From assembly GCF_001194135.2 (NCBI RefSeq), contig NC_068990.1, positions 70,466,720 through 70,530,719 on the forward strand: a stretch of DNA of 64,000 bases. The letters run 5' to 3'. Both the position numbers and the translations under genes were made by a program. The stretch comes from Octopus bimaculoides. Lineage: Eukaryota. How positions within the stretch are numbered: the stretch's first letter is position 1; every line of letters starts with the position of its first letter. Below the pieces are notes generated by a model, which saw only the letters and a program-made list of their open reading frames with translations, was not told the origin of the DNA and searched no databases. Of this stretch, positions 9,929 to 21,737 are shown piece after piece.

Positions 9929-12121
9929 TGAAGTACATTTAAAAAGTATCTGACCTTCGGGCATAAAAAAAAAAAAAGAACAATTTTATACATTTCACAA
10001 ACTTTATTTGATCACTTGCAAAATATTCCCCTTGGGAGTTTACACACTTCACCCTGCAGTTCTGCCACTGTTGGTAATACCTCTGGAACGTCTTCTCTGG
10101 AATGTCTTCTCTGGAACGTCTTCTCTGGAATGTCTTCTCTGGAATGTCTTCTCTGGAATGTCTTCTCTGGAATGTCTTCTCTGGAATGTCTTCTCTGGAA
10201 TGTCTTCTCTGGAATGTCTTCTCTGGAANNNNNNNNNNNNNNNNNNNNNNNNNNNNNNNNNNNNNNNNNNNNNNNNNNNNNNNNNNNNNNNNNNNNNNNN
10301 NNNNNNNNNNNNNNNNNNNNNNNNNNNNNNNNNNNNNNNNNNNNNNNNNNNNNNNNNNNNNNNNNNNNNNNNNNNNNNNNNNNNNNNNNNNNNNNNNNNN
10401 NNNNNNNNNNNNNNNNNNNNNNNNNNNNNNNNNNNNNNNNNNNNNNNNNNNNNNNNNNNNNNNNNNNNNNNNNNNNNNNNNNNNNNNNNNNNNNNNNNNN
10501 NNNNNNNNNNNNNNNNNNNNNNNNNNNNNNNNNNNNNNNNNNNNNNNNNNNNNNNNNNNNNNNNNNNNNNNNNNNNNNNNNNNNNNNNNNNNNNNNNNNN
10601 NNNNNNNNNNNNNNNNNNNNNNNNNNNNNNNNNNNNNNNNNNNNNNNNNNNNNNNNNNNNNNNNNNNNNNNNNNNNNNNNNNNNNNNNNNNNNNNNNNNN
10701 NNNNNNNNNNNNNNNNNNNNNNNNNNNNNNNNNNNNNNNNNNNNNNNNNNNNNNNNNNNNNNNNNNNNNNNNNNNNNNNNNNNNNNNNNNNNNNNNNNNN
10801 NNNNNNNNNNNNNNNNNNNNNNNNNNNNNNNNNNNNNNNNNNNNNNNNNNNNNNNNNNNNNNNNNNNNNNNNNNNNNNNNNNNNNNNNNNNNNNNNNNNN
10901 NNNNNNNNNNNGAACGTCTTCTCTGGAATGTCTTCTCTGGAACGTCTTCTCTGGAACGTCTTCTCTGGAACGTCTTCTCTGGAACGTCTTCTCTGGAACG
11001 TCTTCTCTGGAATGTCTTCTCTGGAACGTCTTCTCTGGAACGTCTTCTCTGGAACGTCTTCTCTGGAATGATATGGAGCTCCACTGTTGCTTGCCTCATA
11101 GTTTCCTCTTGCAACTCAATTTATGTTGTTCTTGACCAGAAATGCTTGGATTATGTGGGCAGAATGAGCACGGGCATTGTCCTGATGAAGTTGTCAATTC
11201 TTTGCCACCCACGTCAGGCTGCTTTCAATGCACAGTATCATGAAGGCGATGTATAACTTCCAGGTAGTATTCCTCATTGACTGTTTGGCCTTGTGGTGCA
11301 TACTCATGATGCACAATACCACAAGAGAAAGAAACAAATCAATATTACCTTCATATTGCTGCAAACCTGGCCTTGGTGATAATGGATACTTCCATTGGGA
11401 GGACTCGAACTTGGTTTCTGGGTTGTAACCATAAATCCATGTTTCATCAGCAGTGATGATGGTCTTCGTGAAGTCTGGTTTGCACAGTCCAGAATGTCCT
11501 GAGTGATTTCCATGTGGAGTTTCTTCTGCTGCTTCTCCAGCACCTTGGAGACGAATTTTGCCTGCACTCTCCACTTGCATAAATCTTCCATTAAAATGGG
11601 ATACACTTTTTCTGTGCTTGTTCCCACTTTCTGAACAGTTTTCTGGATTGTCACATGATGGTCTTTCATGACTTCACCGAACCTTCTCAATCAACTCCTT
11701 GTTTCAGCTTGTGAATAACCCACTTGAGTGTGTATCAATCTCCACTGAGCTGTGGCCATGTTTGAGCCAGTTGTAGCACTCCTTGATCTGAGTTTTGCAC
11801 ATGGCATCAATGCCAAAGGCCTGCTGAATCTTCAGGATAGTTTGAACTTGAGCATCACCAAGCTTTTGACAAAACTTGATGCAGTATGTCTGCTCAATGC
11901 ATTTGGTCATCTTGCATGAAAACGAAAATGCAATGAGTGCACACTACATGTCTGTACATTAGGCATAACAGTCAGGAACTGACATGGCCTACCAGCATGA
12001 ACATTTTCATACATGCACAGAAACAGTGGCATCACCTCACCTCCCCACCAAAAGATTTTGCCGCTGCAGTATTAGCTTTGGTGGGAAAAAATAAAGTTAA
12101 GTACTTTTTGTATGTACCTTG
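9929..12121 (-). mobile_element. Near full-length defective mariner (DD34D-type) with both TIRs and TA TSDs
   Basis: TIRs TA|TGAAGTACATTTAAAAAGTATCTGACC and TA|CAAGGTACATACAAAAAGTACTTAACT. ORF pieces: YCIKFCQKLG, IITADETWIYGYNPETKFESSQWK, CVNSQGEYF. The YSPDL/third-Asp segment is deleted. Confidence 0.9.
10081..11070. repeat. 14-bp minisatellite CTCTGGAAYGTCTT inside the mariner ORF
   Basis: About 10.5 units left of and 11 units right of a 683-N gap; only a C/T variant at the CpG position differs. Confidence 0.95.
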
Positions 12122-12279
12122 TATGTTGTTATCTCTTCTAATATCTGATGAACTGTCTTCAGTTTTCCATTCTTAGGAAAGCATTACTTACATAATAAGG
12201 AGTTGCGTTTCCCAAACTTTCACCATTTAAAATGAAGTCTTCCTGATATTTAGTTACATATTCTGTAATTATATTTTTG

Positions 12280-12449
12280 TATGCAGGTGCAAATGTGGCT
12301 GTACTGTAAGAAATTCGCTACCCAACAACATGGTTCTGGGTTCAGTCACATTGCATGGCACCTTGGTCAAGTGTCTTCTACAAAAGACCCAGGTCAACCA
12401 AAGCCTTGTGAGTGGATTTGGTAGATGGAACCCAAAACAAGTTCAAAGC

Positions 12450-12487
<38 letters not shown>
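12280..12487 (+). mobile_element. SINE family B 5' half ending in (TG)n
   Basis: tRNA head and CORE-like segment, followed directly by an inverted RTE tail. Confidence 0.75.
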
Positions 12488-12489
<2 letters not shown>

Positions 12490-12665
12490 CATCATCATCA
12501 TCATTTAATGTCTGTCTTTGATGCTGTCATGGGTTGGACAGTTTGACAGGTCCTGATGAGCCAGAAGACTGTGCCAACTCTACTGTCTGCTTTGACATGG
12601 TTTTTACAGATGGATGCCTTTCCTATTGCCAAACACTTTACAGAGTGGACTGGGTGCTTTTTAAC
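12488..12665 (-). mobile_element. RTE LINE 3' UTR fragment
   Basis: (CAT)n tail and GGATGCCTTTCCTATTGCCAAACAC core. Confidence 0.7.
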
Positions 12666-12885
12666 AATATTTCTTTCTAATTTTTGTTCAAGGCCAGAAG
12701 TTTTGAAGTCAGGATGGTGGTTAGTTCATTAAACTGACCCCAGTTCTTGACTGTTATTTTATTTTTATCAACCCTGAAAAGATGAATGCAAAGTTGATCT
12801 TGCTGGGGTTGAACTCAGAATGTAAAGAGTTGGAACCCATACTGCTAGGCATTTTCTCTGGTATTCTAACAATTCTGCTATTCCA
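12666..12885 (-). mobile_element. SINE family A copy (diverged)
   Basis: ACCCTGAAAAGATGAATGCAAAGTTGA..GAACTCAGAATGTAAAG core. Confidence 0.7.
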
Positions 12886-14569
12886 CATAATGATGTTGAT
12901 GGTGCTGGTGGTGGCTGCACTAGTAATGGCAGTTGCGGCGGTGGTGGCGGCGGCAGCAGCAGCAGCAGCAGTAGCGATGGTTGTTGTTACCTCAACAATT
13001 ATTTTACTAAAGTAAAGATTTAATAGAAAATGAAGGATTTAAAATCAGAAGGTAGAAGGTTCAAATTGAATGGAATCTAAGAATTTAATATATTTTTCGA
13101 GATGAAAGGAATGTGGAGAAAAAAAAAAAATATCTGTCAATGAATTCTCTATGCGATGGTGGACATTTATTTCTATAAATTAGTTAAATTAACAAATTAT
13201 TTAAGGAGAGTGAGCAAAGAAACAACTCCTCTTCAAGATACCATCATATTGTTGTTGTTGTTGTCATCACATTCCGTCAGTTGACTGAAAACCTATTTTT
13301 AAAATGCTATCTGAAATATTTGTTGGAGACACAGGAGACAGGAGATTGTAATGCCTGTCATGGCTTTCTGTATATCTGCCATTGATTCTCTTTATTCCTG
13401 ACCTGAATTACTGGAACTTAACGATGCTAAGACCCAGTAATGGGGTTGAAATTACACAATAGTCACACACACATGCACATGTGTACATACATATATACAT
13501 GCATACGCACACACACACATTCATACTGAGAATGTGAATATAAAAAAGCATTGGTATATGTTGTGGCCCATATGGTAGGAAATGCATTTCGTTTATGATG
13601 TACAAAATATAAATTCCTTTTCTTCACTATTCTAGACTGCAACTGCTGTTGTTCCCTAAACTTCTTTGTCATGATGCTTTTACCACTCTTATTTTCATTT
13701 TTTTTATTTTCTTTCTTTTCTGTCACAGAGCAAAAGAACTAGAACTTTCTTAATGAAGACCATTTGTTAGGTTAAAGAATTTCAAGAACTTTGAATTTTC
13801 CATTTTTTTTATCTTATATATTATTTAAGGCACATAAATATTGATTTTTATGGGGATTGTTGTTGTTGTTATATCAGTTGTTTGAGATTAATTTGAAACA
13901 AACTTGTGTTGGGTGGAGCATGTAGTGCTAGTTGTTGTTTTGGTGGGTGAGAGATGTTTGGTTCTTTTACTCTAACGAGTTTTGGAATGAAATAAGTAAA
14001 GGAGAAGGAGAAAGAGGGGAATATAAGGTAAAATTTTGGAGATGTTTTTGATGTTAAAAAAATGTCTAGAAAATAAAAAAAAAAGGAAGGGAATGAAGGC
14101 GTAGAGAAAGAAATGAGAACAACAAAGCAATAGTTTGTAACGAAATCAATTCCATCTATCTCTGAACTAGACTTTCATGTATATGTCTTGTGAAAATTCT
14201 ACCATGTAATTATTGCTTCTTGAAGCCAAATCAATTCAAGACAAAAAAGACAGAAAGAAAAATGTTGTGAGCTGAGGGTATCTACAAGAGATTTCCATAC
14301 ATTAGTTCAGTTCTGACTCACTACATAAATAGTTTAAAACAATAGTAATAGCAACAACAAGGTAAGACAAGGTGAATGATACCTAAAACTATTTGGGAGT
14401 GTCACTGATCTCAGAATAAATTTGTGTGCAGTTCAAGAAGATTTGAAAGAATATAAGAATGTGTGTGTGGCTGTGTATATGTACATACATGTGTGTGTGT
14501 GTGTATGTATGTATGTATGAATGAATCTTCAGAAAAATTTCCCTGTTATTCCTCATTAATTCTACAGAT

Positions 14570-14760
14570 GGGGCAGGCATGGCTGTGTGGTTAAGAAGTA
14601 CACCTCCCAACTACATGGCTTTAAGTTTAGTCCTACTGTGTGGATCCTGGGACAAGTGTCTTCTACTATAGTCCCTGGCAGACCAGAGCCTTGCCCAGTG
14701 GCTTATGGTAGACAGAAATGGAAAGATTCCCCCCCCCACACACACACACATATGTATATA
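14570..14760 (+). mobile_element. SINE family B 5' half
   Basis: GGCATGGCTGTGTGGTTAAGAAG head and GACAAGTGTCTTCTACTATAG. Confidence 0.75.
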
Positions 14761-14789
14761 TAATATATATATATGTGTATATATATATG

Positions 14790-14819
<30 letters not shown>

Positions 14820-14824
<5 letters not shown>

Positions 14825-15192
14825 TGCATTGGATAAGTTGTCGCCATTTTATATTTTCAATTTTGGGCATGTGCATTGTTGTTTCTGATTTTGTTGACTA
14901 CACAGTATAGTTGGGCACCATCTGTGAGAAAAACAGCACCATAACACAATTCATTCTGTCAGAAATTTGGAAACGACATGCTGTACTGCTTCGCATTCAT
15001 GCCAGAAGCTCCAATACAAACATTTCAGAGTGTTTCAATGTCAATCTGAGGACATACAATTTGAGGACACGTACCGAGAGTGATAAAAATCAAACATCCA
15101 GTCAATATCATGGTGTTTGGAGTGATCACTAGTGATGACAACATTATGCCTCCATTCATCTTCCCACACAGAGGCTTACATTAAATGCTGCC
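14820..15192 (+). mobile_element. Left part of an internally deleted maT/DD37D-like Tc1/mariner element
   Basis: TIR-like CACGGTGCATTGGATAAGTTG; SEIWKRHAVLLRIHA N-terminus; then KHPVNIMVFGVITSDDNIMPPFIFP motif. Confidence 0.7.
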
Positions 15193-15775
15193 AATCATGG
15201 ATCATTCGAGGAGGAGGACTTGTTCAACAACCGAGAGGAGAACTTCATCCAAGGAAGGTCATGTTGAGTGTATGGTGGGATATTGAAGGAATTGTCCATT
15301 ATGAACTGTTAGACAACAATCAAACAATTTCTGCTAATCTCTACTGTGATCAACTTCATTGTTTTAAAGCTGCTTTGAACAGAAAGCAACCCTGCTTAGT
15401 CGACAGAAAGAGTGTCGTTTTCCACACAGCTTGATTGACCAAAGATCTTTTGGAAGAGTTTGGTTGGGAAATATTGCTCCATTATCCATATTCTCCAAAC
15501 CTTACTCCTGATTATCACTTGTTTCGGGGACTACAGAACCATTTGAATGGTCTTAGGTTGACATCAAGAGAAGAGGTTGAAAATGAGTTGGGTTCATATT
15601 TCACATCAAAATCCAAACAATTTTTTAAGTGTGGCATTTATAATCTTGTTGACAGATGAAATTAAGTTCTAGAAAGCAATGGAAATAATGTTAATGGATA
15701 AATATTGTCTTCATCATGGGCTTTTTCAATTTCAATAGAGACCTTAAAATCAGCCATCACCCTTGCACCAACCAT
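15193..15775 (+). mobile_element. Right half of a mariner (DD34D; Hsmar1-like TIR)
   Basis: LHPRKVMLSVWWDIEGIVHYELL...HYPYSPNLTPDYHLFRGLQNHL; right TIR reverse-complements to TATGGTTGGTGCAAGGGTGATGGCTGATTTT. Confidence 0.85.
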
Positions 15776-16130
15776 ATATACATATATATATATATATATA
15801 NNNNNNNNNNNNNNNNNNNNNNNNNNNNNNNNNNNNNNNNNNNNNNNNNNNNNNNNNNNNNNNNNNNNNNNNNNNNNNNNNNNNNNNNNNNNNNNNNNNN
15901 NNNNNNNNNNNNNNNNNNNNNNNNNNNNNNNNNNNNNNNNNNNNNNNNNNNNNNNNNTTCCAATGAATTTTTTAATTGATTAATAGAGACATTACATCTT
16001 TAGAAAAAAACATTTTCATATGGTGAATTCAAGAATCACAACACTCAAAAACATTCAAAAGCCAATAGTATGTGCGCCTTGATGATTCTATAACCCTTGC
16101 TGATCTATTATATATATGTGTCTGTATGTA

Positions 16131-16165
<35 letters not shown>

Positions 16166-16234
16166 GTGTGTCCTTGTTTTGATATCATGTGATAGTTATA
16201 TAATATGAGTGTCACTGTTATAAAGGCACTGTGT

Positions 16235-16410
16235 CATTCACTTCCAGTGGCCTGCAAAAACATAACTGCATATGGGGAAATATTAACATGCTTGGAAACA
16301 GGTGAGGGTTGGCGGCAGGAAGGGCATCTGGGCATAGAAAATCCGCCTCCATAAACTTTGTCTGATCATGGAAAAGTGGATGTTAAAATAATGGTGATGA
16401 AAAAATATGA
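16235..16410 (+). mobile_element. Old RTE-type 3' UTR variant
   Basis: GGAAACAGGTGAGGGTTGGCGGCAGGAAGGGCATC core, ending GGATGTTAAAATAATGGTGATG. Confidence 0.6.
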
Positions 16411-17004
16411 TGCTGCTTTATAACAAAGCCTTTCCTACTTGAAACCCAGGACCATGCATAAAAGGGCTGGGATTATTCGAAGAAAACAGGATTTAAATTT
16501 CATTGATGGAATTGGGGAAGAGGCAGTGGAAGTTGCATGAGCAGAGGAGGAGGAGGAGGAGGAGGAAGAGGAGGTGGTATACCCCAATCCTGGTACATAC
16601 ATACTACCTCATCTTTATTACTAGTGAACTGCTTTAAATAGAAGTATACTATCACCACCACTACCATCACCTATTCCTCTCAGAATTTTCAGAAAGAATG
16701 GTATAATTTGATTTCACTGAGTTCGCCTCCTCCACCACCATCACCATTACCACCACCCTGCTTCTCCTGTTTGTTTCTCCTCTGCATTTTTCTACCTTAT
16801 TTATTTTTCTACCAGTTGTTTATCCTATTGCTGTCTTTCGAAAGGAAATAAATACTGTTTCCATGGTCTACAGCTTCTGTTAGGGTTTTTTTATTTTTAT
16901 TTTTTTATTTTTTGCAGCGAACATTCCCCAAAACATCTCCCAGCAAATTTAAGGAATGTCTGCTTTTGGTGTACATTTTGCTGTCTAGTTGCTCTGACAT
17001 TCTC

Positions 17005-17036
<32 letters not shown>

Positions 17037-17219
17037 CTTTTTACAGAATGACACTGCCATAGCAAATGGCAAAATAAAAATCAAGAAAAATTTTTTTTAA
17101 ATGAAAAGGAATGAGAGAGATAGAGAGAGAGAGAGAGAGAGAAGCATATTTGCTGGGGCCTTATTTGAATTTCAAATGACCAAAGAGTCAAATATATCCA
17201 AAGTATTTTATCAAAGCAT

Positions 17220-17880
17220 TTCTCAACTGAGTTTATTGTTATAGTCTGTATCTCTACTGTAATATGTACTTATACTGCTATATTGTTGCTGTATGTTATT
17301 CTACTTTGCTACAATCTTTATCTATGTTGTTACTATAACAAAAAGAAAGAGGATCGAAGGGCCTTCCTGAGCCATAGGCTCATAAAGCCAGTTTCTCATA
17401 TTCTGTAGCATATATATTCACCCTGGTCTGTCACCAGATTACTCATTTCTGCCAGCTGAGTGAACTAAAGCAACAGGAAATGAAGTGTTTTGCATTGCTC
17501 AGTCCAGGAATTGAAACCATATTCTTTTGATCTTAAGTATTACACCATAACCACTAAGCTACATGTCTCACTATGCTATACTGTCGTATGATGTGTTTAC
17601 ACTATTATTATTTTGTTGCTATATTTCATTCTATTCTGTTATAGTCTATGCAGTTACTACATTATGTACTATACTGGTATAGTGACAATCTATACTGTTA
17701 CTATATGTTGTACTATTGTATTACACCCTGTATCTGTGCAGTTACTATGCTATGTACTATATTGTTATAGTCTATATAATTACTAATCTATATAGTTACT
17801 ATATTATATACTGTTACAATCTCTACCTAAACAATTACTATACTATGTACTTACTATACTGTTATAGTCTGACTAAAACA
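17220..17880. repeat. Degenerate TAC/TAT-rich tandem sequence interrupted by a CORE-like SINE (about 17370-17570, minus)
   Basis: Recurrent TACTATACTGTTATAGTCTAT-like units; the SINE matches 34345-34640 and 55290-55630. Confidence 0.65.
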
Positions 17881-18604
17881 AGAAATGGAAATTTAATTTA
17901 ATTGGAAGAAACTTCTCAAAGCAAGAAGGAAGTAGTTCTTGATAAACAGTTGCAGGGTTAGCACAGTCATCATCACTAATTATATCAAACAGAATAACGT
18001 TTAGAATGTAGACTGTGGTATTACTAATACATCTTAGACATCTGCAGCAGCACTTAAAGAGGATGTTACACATACACGCACACACTAGTCATGAGGTGCA
18101 ACAGTGCCCATAACCATTTCATGTGTTCTTAGATTGGAGGATGGGAGCTGTTAAGGTGAGAGTATTTCAGAATTAACTTTTGAAATTCCTTATTGAAGAG
18201 AAAACGCATGGATAAGTGAAATAATTGTTGAGTAGACAGAGTTTTTGTGAGGAACAGATGGGCTGGATAAAATATTTTGTGTGGGGTGGCAGTGGTGAGG
18301 ATCTGTAGTGTGAGTCATATTAGGGTTGGTGAGAGGAAGGTAGGTAGTTAATTTAAATGTGGTATACAGGTAGTGAGTACTAACCATTAAAGCAATGGTT
18401 CAATGATCAGAGAGAGAGAGGAGGGCAGAGGACAAAACTTATTAGCGACTAAATAGTTTAAAGTTGGTGACGAAAAGTTTGACTAACAGACTGAGAATAT
18501 GATTTGAAAAATGAATGTATGCTAGTAGTGGGAGCACTGTATCATGTTGTGTGCAGTGTTCCAATGTAGGACACTGTTGCATTATCAGCATATTTTTGTA
18601 GTTG

Positions 18605-18605
18605 G

Positions 18606-18648
<43 letters not shown>

Positions 18649-19056
18649 CAAGTCATCCCATAAGTTCTGTCCGAATTTTGAATAAAGAAACAAGTGATCG
18701 AATGTTATATTTAATTGAAATTTAATCATCAATGTACTTTCCCTGATTATCTATGACTTCCTTCCATCTATTTACAAGCTTTTTACTCCCATCAATGTAA
18801 AGAACTCTGAAATGTCAGTTCCAACCTCCTCCTGGCTTGCGAAAGTTATGTCCCCCAAATGATTCTGTAAACTATGAAACAAATGGTAGTTTGAAGCAGC
18901 AAGGTCAGGAGAATAAGGTGGATGAGGAATTTTTTCCCAACCAAACTCTTCGATCTTCTGTGATGTGAACTTTGCAGTGTGGGGTCATGCATTGTCCTGT
19001 TGAAACATCACTCCTTTTCGATTCACTAAAGCAGGTCTTTTTTTCTTCAAAACTTG
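18605..19056 (-). mobile_element. Mariner 3' half with terminal repeat, running into a gap
   Basis: Frameshifted KIEEFGWEKIPHPPYSPDLAASNYHLFHSLQNHLG; TIR CCAAGTCATCCCATAAGTTCTG resembles that of 21738-22635. Confidence 0.8.
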
Positions 19057-19959
19057 NNNNNNNNNNNNNNNNNNNNNNNNNNNNNNNNNNNNNNNNNNNN
19101 NNNNNNNNNNNNNNNNNNNNNNNNNNNNNNNNNNNNNNNNNNNNNNNNNNNNNNNNNNNNNNNNNNNNNNNNNNNNNNNNNNNNNNNNNNNNNNNNNNNN
19201 NNNNNNNNNNNNNNNNNNNNNNNNNNNNNNNNNNNNNNNNNNNNNNNNNNNNNNNNNNNNNNNNNNNNNNNNNNNNNNNNNNNNNNNNNNNNNNNNNNNN
19301 NNNNNNNNNNNNNNNNNNNNNNNNNNNNNNNNNNNNNNNNNNNNNNNNNNNNNNNNNNNNNNNNNNNNNNNNNNNNNNNNNNNNNNNNNNNNNNNNNNNN
19401 NNNNNNNNNNNNNNNNNNNNNNNNNNNNNNNNNNNNNNNNNNNNNNNNNNNNNNNNNNNNNNNNNNNNNNNNNNNNNNNNNNNNNNNNNNNNNNNNNNNN
19501 NNNNNNNNNNNNNNNNNNNNNNNNNNNNNNNNNNNNNNNNNNNNNNNNNNNNNNNNNNNNNNNNNNNNNNNNNNNNNNNNNNNNNNNNNNNNNNNNNNNN
19601 NNNNNNNNNNNNNNNNNNNNNNNNNNNNNNNNNNNNNNNNNNNNNNNNNNNNNNNNNNNNNNNNNNNNNNNNNNNNNNNNNNNNNNNNNNNNNNNNNNNN
19701 NNNNNNNNNNNNNNNNNNNNNNNNNNNNNNNNNNNNNNNNNNNNNNNNNNNNNNNNNNNNNNNNNNNNNNNNNNNNNNNNNNNNNNNNNNNNNNNNNNNN
19801 NNNNNNNNNNNNNNNNNNNNNNNNNNNNNNNNNNNNNNNNNNNNNNNNNNNNNNNNNNNNNNNNNNNNNNNNNNNNNNNNNNNNNNNNNNNNNNNNNNNN
19901 NNNNNNNNNNNNNNNNNNNNNNNNNNNNNNNNNNNNNNNNNNNNNNNNNNNNNNNNNNN

Positions 19960-20004
<45 letters not shown>

Positions 20005-21014
20005 GAATTACAAGTAGCACTAGTGTTGCAAACATCATTGACCATACATACTCAGTGTATGTGCTTTGCTTGTTCACCAGTAAGCTGCAATTAGTATGGT
20101 GGAGATGACTCCATCAAAGTGCTCAGTGTTAAAAGACCTGAAAGTCATAGGCAGGTAAGACAACTTACCCCAAATCCCATTCATGAGTGATGGACATCGA
20201 TGTTTTGCCATTTTTGTGGCTCATCAACATCATGTACCTGAAACAAATTGGAGGTGAACTGAATTGCCAGTCCATGACTATATACAAATAGTGTAAAAAG
20301 CATATAGTTGGTATATATGTACCTTATAGTTTTTGTGTGTGTATGTGTATTACTAGTGTCCCATAAAACACACACCCTGTACACTCTGTAAAGTGTAAGG
20401 TTGTGAGGAGTTGTCAAAGATATGACAATTCTCATGAAATAAATGCATCCAGTCCATTCTGTAAAGTGGTTGATGATAGGAAGGACATCAAGGTATAGAA
20501 ACAAAACACATGAGCAAAATGTAGTCGCCTGAGATGCTTTATTGAAGACAAGTAGGACCTGTGAATATTTCACGGAATTAATGGTAAGCCTACTGGGTTA
20601 TTTTTGAAAACTATATCCAAAAACCTGAAAGTATAGCATATGTTGTGTCTGTATGGAAAGATAGTCGCTAATCTGCTATCCATTGAAAAGTGAAAGAAAT
20701 TGGAATACGATGATTACTTAATGCACTTTATATATACACTTTATATACTTTATGCACAATTTCATAGACTTAATACACAGCGCTCATAAAATAAATATTC
20801 ACTCTTATTTTCCATTTTTCCATTTAGCAAAAAAAAAAATCCCCATACATATGATACAACCCTTCGTTAAATTGCATATATCTGCCACATAAGCGTGAAT
20901 ATTTCACAGAATTGCACTTACGCTCATGCAGTAAATGATATGTGATATAAAAAACTTAGTTCAATTTAAAAAAATACACTATTCACTCACCACCTTCTCC
21001 ACCACCACCATCAC

Positions 21015-21046
<32 letters not shown>

Positions 21047-21737
21047 GCCTTTCTTTAACCTCACCGTTAGAACATCACCCCTCTGCTAAAATTATATTTT
21101 TAACTCTCTTCCTCTTTCAACTAACTTTTTTACCCCCGTGATAGATATTACATTCCTCCTACCTCACGTCATGGATGCTTCTCTCTCCCTCTTTTTTTCT
21201 TTCTCCATCTTTTTTCTCTCCCTCTTTTTTCTCCTTCTTCTTTCTGTCTCACTCTTTGCCTTATCCTCTTTTTCTTTCTCTTCTATTTCCCTTCAACTAA
21301 TCAAGTGAAAGCGTTACAATTACATTCCCTCTACCTCACGTCATGGATGCTTCTGCCTCCCTTCTTTCTCCCTCCCACTTTCTCTCTCTCTCCTTTCTCC
21401 CTCCCACTTTCTCTCTCTCTCTCCTTTCTCCCTCTTTTTCTCTGATCACATGCAAGCATTACCGATAGGCTAAGTAATGCAATAACAAGGAGAATTATTG
21501 TAAGATTCTTCAATTTCTTCTACCATTTCCATACTTAAACTACCCTATTATCACTCTAATTACCTCCACTATGAATTATAACACCTCAGTAACCTGCTGT
21601 TTCTAGCTAGCCATCTGAATAGCTCACCAAATATTTTGAAATTTTTCCTTCAAGGTCTCTGCCAGTTCATTACACTTGGTACTTAAATTCTTTTGATGAG
21701 AATTTTTTAGCTGATGTTACAAAAGGTATACAAAATA

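Noticed and set aside
10081-11070. Regular short repeats as a CRISPR array, or the 350-390 aa ORFs over them as a repeat protein
   Set aside because: Units are contiguous with no spacers, the context is eukaryotic, and the ORFs are mostly N plus a stop-free 14-mer inside a mariner.
13729-13770. Strong acceptor-like site followed by a short exon
   Set aside because: Stop codons in all three frames before or at a weak donor.
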